58,329 nt of DNA. It comes from a virus. Taxonomy: Duplodnaviria; Caudoviricetes. The DNA is taken from the IMG/VR virus record IMGVR_UViG_3300033997_000384, positions 1 through 58,329 of that record. One strand, written 5' to 3'. The notes beneath the pieces were generated by a model that saw only the letters and a program-made list of their open reading frames with translations, did not search any database and was not told the DNA's origin. The position numbers were made by a program, and so were the translations under genes. Positions 28,707 through 37,540 of the stretch are shown here, in pieces. The number at the start of each line of letters is the position of its first letter. Position 1 is the stretch's first letter.

Positions 28707-29052
28707 GCTGCATGGCCTCGTAGACGGCGGCGACTTCGGCCTGGCGGCCCTGGCGGCGCATCCATGCCGCGTGACAGATGCCCTGCAGGTTGTCGAACAG
28801 GTCGGCCATGTAGCCTGCCGGGCTAGCAGCGAACTCGCGCAGCTTCACCAGCAGCTCCACGCCGAAGGCCTCCGGCATGTCGAAGGACAGACGCACGGCC
28901 GGCTCCTGGCCGGTGACCTCGCGTACCAGCACCTTGTCGATCTGCACCGCGCCGACGTCAGCGCGCAGGCGTGCCGAGGGCACGGCGAAGCCGGAGACCT
29001 TGGTGGCGATGAAGGCGGCGACCTGGTTGGCGTCGACGTATATCTGGCTCAT
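28699..29052 (-). CDS. Hypothetical protein between terL and portal
   Basis: ATG overlaps terL stop (MSQIYVDANQ...). Confidence 0.65.
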   Translation of the reverse strand: MSQIYVDANQVAAFIATKVSGFAVPSARLRADVGAVQIDKVLVREVTGQEPAVRLSFDMPEAFGVELLVKLREFAASPAGYMADLFDNLQGICHAAWMRRQGRQAEVAAVYEAMQHA

Positions 29053-30719
29053 GTGTATGCGCTCCAGTTGCCCTGGCCCTGGTGTGTGGTTGGGATGCTG
29101 CTGCTCGGCAGCGGTGTGCCGGCGATGCCGACCAGCTCGAACGCGCCGCAGCGCGCCATCGTCTCGAAGGCCTTGGCGCCGTGGCTGGCCCAGTCGTGTC
29201 GGGGGTAGTCCTTGTGGCAGCCGAGCTTGGCGTCCCACTCCTTGCGGTAGTTGTCGAGGCAGTCGATAAGCCGGTCCACACCGGTGCTCGCAGCATCGTC
29301 CGGCGCGCCGTCGTTCAGCGTGGTCTCGGCGAACCAGCAGAACGGCAGGAACGAGCGGACGGCCTGGATGCCTTCGGCGTGGCTGCTGATGCGCGGTATC
29401 GGGTCCTCGAAACGGATGCCGTGCTGTGCGGCGACCTCGTAGCGCGACTTGCCGGTACCGATCTCGCGAACAGCCAGGTCATGCGGGCCGAAGTGCTTGC
29501 CGTAGCTGTAGCCCTTCTTCTTGAGCTCGCCGGCGTAGTACTCGATACCCTCGCCGCTGTCCTCCAGGTAGTCGATGACGTGGACCTCGCGGCCGATGAC
29601 CTGGAAGAAGACGATCGACATCGCGTCGTTCATGCCCAGGTCCCAGGCGGTGTGCACTGGCAGCGCCGGGGTGTGCTTGCACTTCGTGGTGATCCGGCCG
29701 TTCTTCCGCAGCCAGATCATCTGCTGCATGTAGTAGGCGCCCTCGACGCTCTGCGCGAAGGCCTCGGCCGGCGTCGACGGGTACTCCCGCTTCATGTCGT
29801 CGTGCAGCGTCTCGGCCTTCTTCGCGTACCAGGCCTGCTGGGCGGGCGATGTGCGGATGCCGTGCTTGGTTTCCAGCTCGGTGAAGTACACGCGCAGCCA
29901 TTGCGGGACCGCTATGTCGGTCGGGTCCAGCTCGTACTCTGGAGCCTGCCACCACGGGAAAAAGTGGAACTGCCAGTCCATCAGCGTCGGGAACTTGCCG
30001 CTGGCCAGCAGGCGCTGGGCTACCTGGCAGTAGTCGTAAAAATATCCTTCCCGGCCCTCTGCCGTGCTTTCCAGGGTCAGCTGGTTACCGATGCCGACAG
30101 CCTCGAAGGCGCCGGTGACGATCTCCTTGGCCTTGTCCGGGTACTTGCGGCAAATCTTGCCGAACTCGGACACGTGCAGGCGCTGCAGCGTGCCGCCGCG
30201 GTAGCTGGTCGACACCTGGATGCTCGACCCATTGTCAAAAATGTAGCCCTGGTCCTTGTCGCTCTTCGGCTTCGGCAGGCGCAGCCCGAGCAGCTTGAAG
30301 ATGGCCTGCCAGGCTGTGTCCTGGGCCAGCTTCTCGTAGGCATACCGGATCTTGTTGCGGTAGATGTCCTTCGCGTTCGGCAGCGTGTCGGCGATGCAGC
30401 CAGCGCTGTAGTCGACGGTGAACAGGCAGCTGTCCAGCGAGTCGATCATCTCGAACGTGGTGAAGCCCAACTGCCTGGCCTTTAGGATGATGTCCCGGCA
30501 ATGGCCATCGAGGAATCGCTGCCGCTGCTGCGCGTTCGGCCGGAACCGGCGCACCTTCCCGTCCTTGTCCTTGATCTGGTACAGCGCGTTGAGCCGATAC
30601 CACTTGTTGGCCAAGGCGCTGAGCAGCAGGGCTTTTCCCTTCAGCGTGCCGGCACGGTGCATCTCCAGCAGCCCGTCGCCCTTGCGGACAAGCTCTACCC
30701 GCTCCTCGCGGGTCATCAT
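29049..30719 (-). CDS. terL: Terminase large subunit
   Basis: ILKARQLGFTT Walker A, LHVSE Walker B, ESTA coupling motif, AWDLG nuclease. Confidence 0.92.
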   Translation of the reverse strand: MMTREERVELVRKGDGLLEMHRAGTLKGKALLLSALANKWYRLNALYQIKDKDGKVRRFRPNAQQRQRFLDGHCRDIILKARQLGFTTFEMIDSLDSCLFTVDYSAGCIADTLPNAKDIYRNKIRYAYEKLAQDTAWQAIFKLLGLRLPKPKSDKDQGYIFDNGSSIQVSTSYRGGTLQRLHVSEFGKICRKYPDKAKEIVTGAFEAVGIGNQLTLESTAEGREGYFYDYCQVAQRLLASGKFPTLMDWQFHFFPWWQAPEYELDPTDIAVPQWLRVYFTELETKHGIRTSPAQQAWYAKKAETLHDDMKREYPSTPAEAFAQSVEGAYYMQQMIWLRKNGRITTKCKHTPALPVHTAWDLGMNDAMSIVFFQVIGREVHVIDYLEDSGEGIEYYAGELKKKGYSYGKHFGPHDLAVREIGTGKSRYEVAAQHGIRFEDPIPRISSHAEGIQAVRSFLPFCWFAETTLNDGAPDDAASTGVDRLIDCLDNYRKEWDAKLGCHKDYPRHDWASHGAKAFETMARCGAFELVGIAGTPLPSSSIPTTHQGQGNWSAYT

Positions 30720-31282
30720 TCCGGCACCACCTCGGCCAGCAGCTCGTCCAGCGACTTGCCGGGGTCCTTGCTGCCCTCTTCATCCAGCCCGTAGGCCTGG
30801 CGCTCCAGGCGAATAGCGCGATCCATAGAGGTGGTGGCGTTGCCGAGCGTCTTGCCCACATAGTCCAGCGGCAGATCGATCTCGACCACGCCGCCGCCGG
30901 CCACCTTCACCTTGATCTTGCCGGCAGTCATCTGACCTTCGAGCAAGTCCAGAAGCTTCTCGGTCAGGTCCTTGGCGCGCCGGATCAGGCGCTGGTGGCT
31001 CTTCACCACAGCGGCGCCGACCTCTGCAGCGTTCTCGACGATCTCGGCATCGGTGATCGACTGAACTATCTCGGCCGCGGCGGCGCGGTTCGTCTTCTCG
31101 CGGACGCGCTGGCGGATCTGCTCCGACAGGTCGCGCGCCCAGTTGCCGTCGGCGGCGCGCTTGCGGATGGCTGCCTCGGAGGGGCCATGCGTGCGGCTCA
31201 GCTCGCGGTTGCTGTACGCACCGGTGCGGTAGTCGCGCTCGACCGCGGCCCAGTCGTAGCGCTGGCGGTCGTTGTTGGCCAT
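30716..31282 (-). CDS. terS: Terminase small subunit
   Basis: DWAAVERDYRTG..SEAAIRKRA..W HTH and LERQAYGL; coupled to terL. Confidence 0.8.
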   Translation of the reverse strand: MANNDRQRYDWAAVERDYRTGAYSNRELSRTHGPSEAAIRKRAADGNWARDLSEQIRQRVREKTNRAAAAEIVQSITDAEIVENAAEVGAAVVKSHQRLIRRAKDLTEKLLDLLEGQMTAGKIKVKVAGGGVVEIDLPLDYVGKTLGNATTSMDRAIRLERQAYGLDEEGSKDPGKSLDELLAEVVPE

Positions 31283-31404
31283 GGAATACCTCGGGGACGC
31301 CTCCCGGCGTTCCGCTAACTCGTCCCGATCAGGGACGTAAATCAATGAAAACTCGCTTTGCAGTGCTGGGAAAATTGTGCTCTCAACAACCCAGGAGCTT
31401 CACC

Positions 31405-31545
31405 ATGCACAACAAACTCACTCTCGCTGCCTGTCTGGCGCTGATCCTCGTCACTGCGAGCGGCGGCTTTCCGTGGCTGCTGGAGATGGCAATGCAGCTT
31501 TTCACTGGCTGCCCGAACTACCTGCTGCTCTGCGACGCCCCGTAA
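31405..31545 (+). CDS. 46-aa hydrophobic peptide antisense to the late operon
   Basis: AGGAG RBS, MHNKLTLAACLALILVTASGG. Confidence 0.5.
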   Translation: MHNKLTLAACLALILVTASGGFPWLLEMAMQLFTGCPNYLLLCDAP

Positions 31546-31777
31546 CAGCCTCGACCAGGCCGTCGTGCCGCCGCTGGCACTCTAAGTACATGCCAGCGGT
31601 AACGACGTCCGCCAGGGTCAGCTCGGCCGGATCGCCGGTGCCGTCTTCAGCGACTGCCACCTGCTGCAGGTCCGGACAGCGCTCCAGCAGGCTCTGGTCG
31701 TAGCTCTCCGGCACGGGCGGCATTGACTTGGTGCATCCAGCTAGCAGGAATGCGGCAATCAGGGTCCATCGGTTCAC
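31502..31777 (-). CDS. o-spanin (Rz1-like lipoprotein)
   Basis: Lipobox LLAGC, Cys residues, overlaps i-spanin. Confidence 0.8.
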   Translation of the reverse strand: MNRWTLIAAFLLAGCTKSMPPVPESYDQSLLERCPDLQQVAVAEDGTGDPAELTLADVVTAGMYLECQRRHDGLVEAVTGRRRAAGSSGSQ

Positions 31778-32024
31778 GGATGATCTCCTGGCGGGTGCGC
31801 TGGTAGATGGTGGTGTTGGTGACCTTGATGCCGGCGATTGCCTCGACGGTCTTCTCGGCCACCTGGGCGACCAGCTCGCGCGCCAGCTTCTCCTGCGCCT
31901 GGTCGGCCTTCAGCTGTGCAGCTTCGTCGTAGCCCACCTTCCAGGCGTGCATCTGCCAGCCGAACGCACTGGAGACCGCGGCCAGGCCAATCAGCACCAG
32001 AGCGCGCAGCAGCTCGATGCTCAT
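31647..32024 (-). CDS. i-spanin (Rz-like)
   Basis: N-terminal TM, coiled coil, C-terminal Cys; follows endolysin. Confidence 0.8.
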   Translation of the reverse strand: MSIELLRALVLIGLAAVSSAFGWQMHAWKVGYDEAAQLKADQAQEKLARELVAQVAEKTVEAIAGIKVTNTTIYQRTRQEIIREPMDPDCRIPASWMHQVNAARAGELRPEPAGALSGPAAGGSR

Positions 32025-32443
32025 GGGTAGGCCTTCCGGTCCAGTTCAAAGTGGGGGCCGTCCTTGAAGCTGGTCCAGTCGCCACCCCACACAATGGGCA
32101 CCTTCAGCTTGAAGGCCGCCGTCTTCATCGCATCGGCGAGCTTGTGATAGAGCGGCCAATCCCAGCGCACTTCGGCGCCGACCATGGCGGCCAGGTCTAC
32201 GGCATGCGACACGGGGCCCAGCTCGGGCCGGGCAGCAGGCTTCTTGGGAATGTGGCGGCTATTCGTGGTCGTGCTGGCCCCCTTCGCGACCAGCTCACGC
32301 TGGCGCTCGGCGGTGCGGGCACCCTCGGTGACGCAGAAGTCGACCTCGGTCAGGGCGATGGCCAGGCGAACGACGTTTTGCAGATCGGGGTGCACGCCCA
32401 CCAAGCGCTGCTCACTGCGCTTGCTCAGCTGGAACTGGCTCAT
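32021..32443 (-). CDS. Endolysin, peptidase M15 family
   Basis: LVGVHPDL, EGART..RQ, SRH..AVD, WGGDW..DGPHFEL. Confidence 0.9.
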   Translation of the reverse strand: MSQFQLSKRSEQRLVGVHPDLQNVVRLAIALTEVDFCVTEGARTAERQRELVAKGASTTTNSRHIPKKPAARPELGPVSHAVDLAAMVGAEVRWDWPLYHKLADAMKTAAFKLKVPIVWGGDWTSFKDGPHFELDRKAYP

Positions 32444-32829
32444 AGCCCGGCGCTCTCCTTGATCTCGCGCACGATGTCCGGCAGCGATGCCTCGCGGCGT
32501 TTCTCGGCGAAGACGAACCACGCGCGAACCAGGACCCAGCCTGGCAGACCACACACGAACGCCAAGCCCAGCAGCGCGATCAGTCCGAAAAGGTCATTCG
32601 CCCATGCCATCAGCTCGAACCAGCGGACCACGAAAGCGCCGCCGCCCAGGCTGAACATCAGCGTGCTGATCAGCGCTACAGCGAACTCGCGGGCCGTTCG
32701 AGGCACAGTCATGGCCATAACGACAATCGCGGTGATCAGGGCGCCGAACAGGCCGAGCAGGCCCAGCTTGTACAGGGCGATGCCGCCGGCTGCAGTCGAG
32801 GCGGGCTCGGTCATGGTGGTGAACCTCAT
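32440..32829 (-). CDS. Holin (3 predicted TM; alternative start 32814)
   Basis: Hydrophobic helices, charged C-terminus, directly upstream of endolysin. Confidence 0.8.
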   Translation of the reverse strand: MRFTTMTEPASTAAGGIALYKLGLLGLFGALITAIVVMAMTVPRTAREFAVALISTLMFSLGGGAFVVRWFELMAWANDLFGLIALLGLAFVCGLPGWVLVRAWFVFAEKRREASLPDIVREIKESAGL

Positions 32830-33039
32830 AGGGGCATCTCCTGGGCCTGCTAGGCCCTGGTGATGAACCCGCGCGGGGCGGGTTTCAGGGAAAGGATGCC
32901 GGCCGAAGCCGGCGGGGTTGGCAACGTCTCTCGACGTGACCGCGGCATCGCCTCCCGGCGGGACCGCAACCTGGTGGTATGCACCTGCTGCCCATTCTTT
33001 ACGTAGAGAATGGGGTCGGGGTGGATACCGGAATCTGAT

Positions 33040-33250
33040 GCTGTCTTTCCAGCTGTCCGCCAAAGAACCTTTCGGCGCCGACACCCAACTGCATCGGTCT
33101 CGCCTTCCGGCTCTCGCGCCCGGCCCGGAGTATCCGAGGTGCCGGCCTGCGCGGGCTGCCAGTGTTTTTGCTGAGCGCCCCACGGCGCGCTCGCGCACGC
33201 TTAGCTGGCTGGGAGCGTCCAGGCCTCCCCCGAAGGGCCGCCCTGGCTAC
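33040..33250 (-). ncRNA. Candidate structured non-coding RNA in the late leader
   Basis: No credible ORF, many helices, UUCG loop, ends GGACAGCTGGAAAGACAGC (module shared with 43084-43102). Confidence 0.5.
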
Positions 33251-33270
33251 GGGTACCAAAAACTGGACAT

Positions 33271-33294
33271 AAAAAACCCGGCGCTTGGCCGGGT
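33271..33294 (-). terminator. Intrinsic terminator (copy 1)
   Basis: ACCCGGCCAAGCGCCGGGTTTTTT. Confidence 0.8.
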
Positions 33295-33298
33295 CGAT

Positions 33299-33538
33299 TT
33301 ATGGTTGGGGATCATCATCAAAGACATATCGAGACTTGAGTTTAGGCTTGGGCTTCAGGGCCTCAAGCTCCTTCATCTCTTCCTCTACCAGTCTGGCGAC
33401 AGCTGTGTTGATCGCCTCCGGCGAGGTACAAAAAATCGGTGCGTCTGGATTTCGGAAAACAACTACGACCATCTCCTCATCTTGAAGATCTTCAGGGACG
33501 TGCTTTCCAGACAATACGTTGATCACTACCGACATCAC
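33299..33538 (-). CDS. Hypothetical moron protein between duplicated terminators
   Basis: 79 aa, lower GC, GGAG RBS, TATCAT -10-like box at 33565-33570. Confidence 0.6.
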   Translation of the reverse strand: MMSVVINVLSGKHVPEDLQDEEMVVVVFRNPDAPIFCTSPEAINTAVARLVEEEMKELEALKPKPKLKSRYVFDDDPQP

Positions 33539-33586
33539 CTACTCCATCTCGGGGGAAGCGGCGAATGATACTAGGACGGCGGCCAC

Positions 33587-33611
33587 AAAAAACCCGGCGC
33601 AGTGGCCGGGT
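33587..33611 (-). terminator. Intrinsic terminator (copy 2, tR'-like)
   Basis: ACCCGGCCACTGCGCCGGGTTTTTT. Confidence 0.8.
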
Positions 33612-33652
33612 CTCAAGAGGGGCGGTGTGCAGTCGCAACTTCACACCTTGGC

Positions 33653-33685
33653 AATATCGTGCCGAAAGTGGCACACAGTCGTCAA
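33653..33685 (-). promoter_or_regulatory. Putative late promoter pR'
   Basis: TTGACG -35, CACGAT/GATATT -10 region, GTGCC..GGCAC dyad in between, short leader then terminator. Confidence 0.5.
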
Positions 33686-34236
33686 GCGTTGCGGTTGTCC
33701 GGGTGGATCCTGGCGTTTAGCAGCTCGGCGAACTCCTCAATGCTGGGGCGGAACTCGTAGCTGGTGCCGATGATGCGGTCGTAAACCTCCAGCATTCGGC
33801 GATAGCCATCACTCGACTGGACGTGAGAATTGGTGTCGCGCCCAGCGAAGTGCTGCCAGCGCTTCAGATCGTCAACCAAGATGTGCACGATGCTGCGCAA
33901 TTCAGCCTCGTTGTTGCCATCAAACCCGCGGAATGAAGGCTCGCGACCAAACACAGGTGACAGCTGCTCCAACTGTTCGCGCTCGTCGCCGTCCAAGCCG
34001 AGATAGCGGTACTCGATGGCTTCCCACATCGTCAGCACCTGGACAACGAACTCTACCTCGGGCGGGTTCTGCACACCCTCGAAAAGCCCGTCATAAGCCC
34101 ACTTCAGTGCCCAGTCATCGCCGCCTTGGACCATGCGCTGCACGAAAATTGGGTCAACGCTGTTCTTAATACCAAGCGCTGCGTGGATATCAGTCAGCAG
34201 AGTGATTATCAGCTTCTGCTCGTTCGAGAACGCCAT
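33682..34236 (-). CDS. yfbU: YfbU family protein (moron)
   Basis: WAL.W.Y, VLTMW, FRGFDGNNE, NSH..YRRML motifs; GAGG RBS before ATG 34236. Confidence 0.75.
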   Translation of the reverse strand: MAFSNEQKLIITLLTDIHAALGIKNSVDPIFVQRMVQGGDDWALKWAYDGLFEGVQNPPEVEFVVQVLTMWEAIEYRYLGLDGDEREQLEQLSPVFGREPSFRGFDGNNEAELRSIVHILVDDLKRWQHFAGRDTNSHVQSSDGYRRMLEVYDRIIGTSYEFRPSIEEFAELLNARIHPDNRNA

Positions 34237-34471
34237 AACTACCTCGTCATCCGTTGAAGGGAGACACTGGTATACGCCAACAGATTGCTGCTCGCCACTC
34301 GTCACGTCCAACGGGCTGTCATGCGCATGGTTTCGCCGACAAATGCAATGCGAGGCTGTCGACAGTAGAGCAGACCCTGCGTATGCCTGGGCCGCCCCCA
34401 ATTCCCCTTTGGCTAGCAACCCATTGTCGAAATGTTAGGATCGGCCTAACGCAACTCAGGGGAAAGCAGGA

Positions 34472-35476
34472 ATGCAGCCTGATCGATTCGAACTGGATGG
34501 ATACAGCTTGGTCGCCGCCGGAAGCTATGGATCAGGTAAAAAAGTGGGAATTGGGGCTAAAGACAACTGTCGATTCTGCGGAAGAAGCTCGCCAGACACC
34601 TCATTTAAAAACGAAGCTCACGCAATCCCTGAGTTCCTCGGAAATCATCAGCTAATAATTCTCTCAGAGTGCGATTACTGCAATAAGCACTTCAGCAAAA
34701 CATTAGAGCATGATCTTGACAAGTACACCGCCCCCTTCAGATCAACAGGCGGCGTAACTAACAAAAGCAGAAAGACACCGAAACACAAAGACCGAAACAT
34801 CAAAAGCCTGCACTTCGACAGACACACGAACAATCTCGCCATCTCGATGAATAGCGAAGACGCAGCGAGGCATGACTGGGTCAACAAGCACGCGACCTGG
34901 ATCATCGAGCGTCGACCATTCATCCCACGTAACGTGCACAAAGCGCTCTGCAAAATTGCATTATCGGTAATCGAGAATCCCAGTCTGCTACCGATTTTTC
35001 AACCCACACTGCAGTGGATAAACCCATTCAATACCGAAGAGCTACGCCTAGAGCCCGCACTCGTAGTTGAAACTATAGTTCCCGGCACAAGATCGGAAAG
35101 CTGTAATTACATGCTACACGTTAGAAGTAACGGTGTATTTCCGCACGCATTGTTCTGGATAGAGTTTGGCAACCACACCCTCCAAACCATTGTGCCAACA
35201 ATTTACGACTTCCAACCCAATTGCATTATGACCTCCAGCATTCCCTTAGTTGAGGATGCACGAACTCCAGAGCAAGTAGCGCGGTTTGGTCCGCTTGGAC
35301 ATGTCGAACGTGACTTCTCAAGCAGCGAGCCGCTGATTCTCCCTCATGAACTTCACATGCGATTCGAGTCAGTCGAGGAGATACCTGGGCCTATGCAGCA
35401 CGCTGAGGAAGCTCCTCACGCAGCACAACCGCAAGAGGCTCCAAAGCCCGGCGATCCAACCCGTCGCAAGCCCTGA
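34472..35476 (+). CDS. HNH endonuclease-domain protein with large C-terminal domain (low-GC moron)
   Basis: CRFC..AHAIPEFLGN..ECDYCN..FS; opposite strand to the operon; AT-rich. Confidence 0.8.
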   Translation: MQPDRFELDGYSLVAAGSYGSGKKVGIGAKDNCRFCGRSSPDTSFKNEAHAIPEFLGNHQLIILSECDYCNKHFSKTLEHDLDKYTAPFRSTGGVTNKSRKTPKHKDRNIKSLHFDRHTNNLAISMNSEDAARHDWVNKHATWIIERRPFIPRNVHKALCKIALSVIENPSLLPIFQPTLQWINPFNTEELRLEPALVVETIVPGTRSESCNYMLHVRSNGVFPHALFWIEFGNHTLQTIVPTIYDFQPNCIMTSSIPLVEDARTPEQVARFGPLGHVERDFSSSEPLILPHELHMRFESVEEIPGPMQHAEEAPHAAQPQEAPKPGDPTRRKP

Positions 35477-35990
35477 ACAGCTCCTGCACGATCCAGCCCC
35501 ACTCCCGAGACCAGTTGCGCCGGTCGAGGATCACGCCGTGCCGATCACGCAGCCAGCCGCGGAACAGGCGCGGCTCCTCCAACGGATCGGGATTGCCCAT
35601 ACCGCCCTGCACCATGAAGCGGTAGCGGTGCAGCACGCCGGCAGCCACCCAGTAAGCCTGGCGCTGCTTCTCCTCGGCCAGCTCGGTGTGCTTCGGCCAC
35701 GACTGCCAGAGCAGCGCGTGCGCCACTTCAAGCCAGTGGTTGGACTGAGGCGTGCTCAACTCCGGCGCGTAGAGGTTGTGCCCGAAGCACTGCAGCTCCA
35801 GCGGCAGGCTGGCGATGGCGTGCTGGAACCGGCCGGCCAGCGCCTGGTGCGCGATGCAGTGCAGGCTATTGTCGATCTCGCTGAACTGCACCTGCCCCCA
35901 GACCGAGCGGTCCACCAGGTTCTCCAGCATGGTCGACCCGCCCTGGTACATGCAGTCGTGCCAAGCCTGACGCGCACTGATCAATCTCAT
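35391..35990 (-). CDS. Putative late antiterminator (Q-like)
   Basis: MRLISARQAWHDC N-terminus; position between RusA and the lysis region. Confidence 0.6.
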   Translation of the reverse strand: MRLISARQAWHDCMYQGGSTMLENLVDRSVWGQVQFSEIDNSLHCIAHQALAGRFQHAIASLPLELQCFGHNLYAPELSTPQSNHWLEVAHALLWQSWPKHTELAEEKQRQAYWVAAGVLHRYRFMVQGGMGNPDPLEEPRLFRGWLRDRHGVILDRRNWSREWGWIVQELFRACDGLDRRALEPLAVVLREELPQRAA

Positions 35991-36113
35991 TCATCCCCCA
36001 AACCGCGCGCAATTCGCGCAGTAACTGAAATTCGGTACTCCCGCGCCCGCTTACTCCTTCGCCTATTTGCCGGCGTTCGCGGGGGCGCACCGCGTTGTTG
36101 CGCACTGTGCGCA

Positions 36114-36554
36114 CTAGCCCCCGTCGTAAAGCGGCACGATGCGGACCTTCACGCCTGGCGTTTCCGAGTAGCGGCGGCGGTAGGCACCGTCGGTGTTCTG
36201 CACGTCGTCGCGCCACACCACGCCGTTGCAGCCGTCGCAGATGGCCTTGAGCACGTTGTCGGTGTCGGGCTTCTTCATTGGCTTGATCTCGCCAGCCAGG
36301 GCGAGCGCCTTCTTCTTTTTCGACATGGATTGAGGCACCCCGTGCAGGATCTCCAGCTCGATCAGCACAGGGCCTGTGATCAGCTCGCGACCTGCCATAG
36401 CCTCCTGCGCAGCGAACGCTACGAGGCCCTCGTAGGCCACTGTCTTGGCCGGGGTGAACATGCGGGCGTGCTGTCCAACGCGACCGATGCGAGGGCGCCC
36501 TTTGCCCTGGGGCTCTCCTGGTACGGTGAACTCGACGGGACGATGATCAGGCAT
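36114..36554 (-). CDS. rusA: RusA Holliday junction resolvase
   Basis: PGEPQGKGRPR..KPDTDNVLKAICDG..WRDD.Q. Confidence 0.9.
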   Translation of the reverse strand: MPDHRPVEFTVPGEPQGKGRPRIGRVGQHARMFTPAKTVAYEGLVAFAAQEAMAGRELITGPVLIELEILHGVPQSMSKKKKALALAGEIKPMKKPDTDNVLKAICDGCNGVVWRDDVQNTDGAYRRRYSETPGVKVRIVPLYDGG

Positions 36555-36759
36555 GCAGCACCCCTTGGCGCAGAGCAGCCATCTGTTCCTGAACGCGACA
36601 GGCCTCATCAAGCAGGCGGTTTGCATCCTCAATGCGAACACGGGCCCTTTCCCGATGAACATCCGACAGCTCCAGTTCGTGCCGGGCCTCTCCATAGAGT
36701 GCGGCTGCGTCACGGTTTAAGCGTTCGAGATGTTCGGTCAGCGGCTGAAGATCAAGCAT
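36547..36759 (-). CDS. Small coiled-coil hypothetical protein
   Basis: MLDLQPLTEHL..., overlaps both neighbours. Confidence 0.55.
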   Translation of the reverse strand: MLDLQPLTEHLERLNRDAAALYGEARHELELSDVHRERARVRIEDANRLLDEACRVQEQMAALRQGVLHA

Positions 36760-37540
36760 GCGTCGCCCCCCGCTTGATGCCCAGCGAAGCGAGCAGATGC
36801 TGGCGAGCATCTGCGCCACCTGGGATGCCCTGCTGCAGCATGCGCTCCTGCAGGCGCTGCTCCTGGGTGGCGTCGACGGCTGCAACCTCGGCGCACATGC
36901 CACCGCCATTCCCCGTCAGCAGCTTCGGTGCTGCCGGGAAATGCTCACCGGCGAGGACAGCCTTCATCGCGCGCTTGTAGGCGCTGGCAAAGCTCTTCTC
37001 GTGTCGATCAGCCGGCAGCTTCCGCCAGATGGAGTGGTTGAGCTGGCGCCATGCCCAGTAGGTAGCCGGGTGCATCACCGACAGGTCGCGCAGATCAGCC
37101 GGTGCTGTCTCGTAGCGCAGCACCTGGGCATAGGCCTCGTCCAGGGACGGGGCGCCTATGGCCTCTGGTTCGGGGTCACGGCACAAGGCGAGAAACTCGG
37201 ACGGCGCTGCCGGGTACTTCATGGTGGCGCGCAGACGATCCAGGCCATAGCGGAACTGCGCATCGGTGAGCTGGCGAAACTCGCGGATTGCCAGGTACTG
37301 AGCCTTGGCTGCCTCCTGGCGCTCCTTGGTCGGCCAGCTGCTGCGGAACATCAGCGGCTTGATCAGCTGCATCTCCGCGAACAGCACGTTGACGCGCTGG
37401 GCGAGCGCCTGCTTGCGCTCTTCAGCCTGCGGGGAGCTGGATGCGTTCCGCCCAGCTGGTGTCGTGGAGTTCATCTGCGAGGCTACCTGGCCCGCTACTC
37501 GGCCCGCCCTGGCCAGTCCTTCCTCGGTTCGATTCTGCAT
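36752..37540 (-). CDS. Replication protein P-like
   Basis: PSEFLALC, EAY, HPATYWA motifs; follows the initiator. Confidence 0.7.
   Translation of the reverse strand: MQNRTEEGLARAGRVAGQVASQMNSTTPAGRNASSSPQAEERKQALAQRVNVLFAEMQLIKPLMFRSSWPTKERQEAAKAQYLAIREFRQLTDAQFRYGLDRLRATMKYPAAPSEFLALCRDPEPEAIGAPSLDEAYAQVLRYETAPADLRDLSVMHPATYWAWRQLNHSIWRKLPADRHEKSFASAYKRAMKAVLAGEHFPAAPKLLTGNGGGMCAEVAAVDATQEQRLQERMLQQGIPGGADARQHLLASLGIKRGATHA

Noticed and set aside
32830-33198. N-terminal extension of the holin ORF (and similar extensions of yfbU, rusA, terS, scaffold)
   Set aside because: Upstream starts lack an RBS and translate to non-protein-like sequence; downstream ATGs have good RBSs
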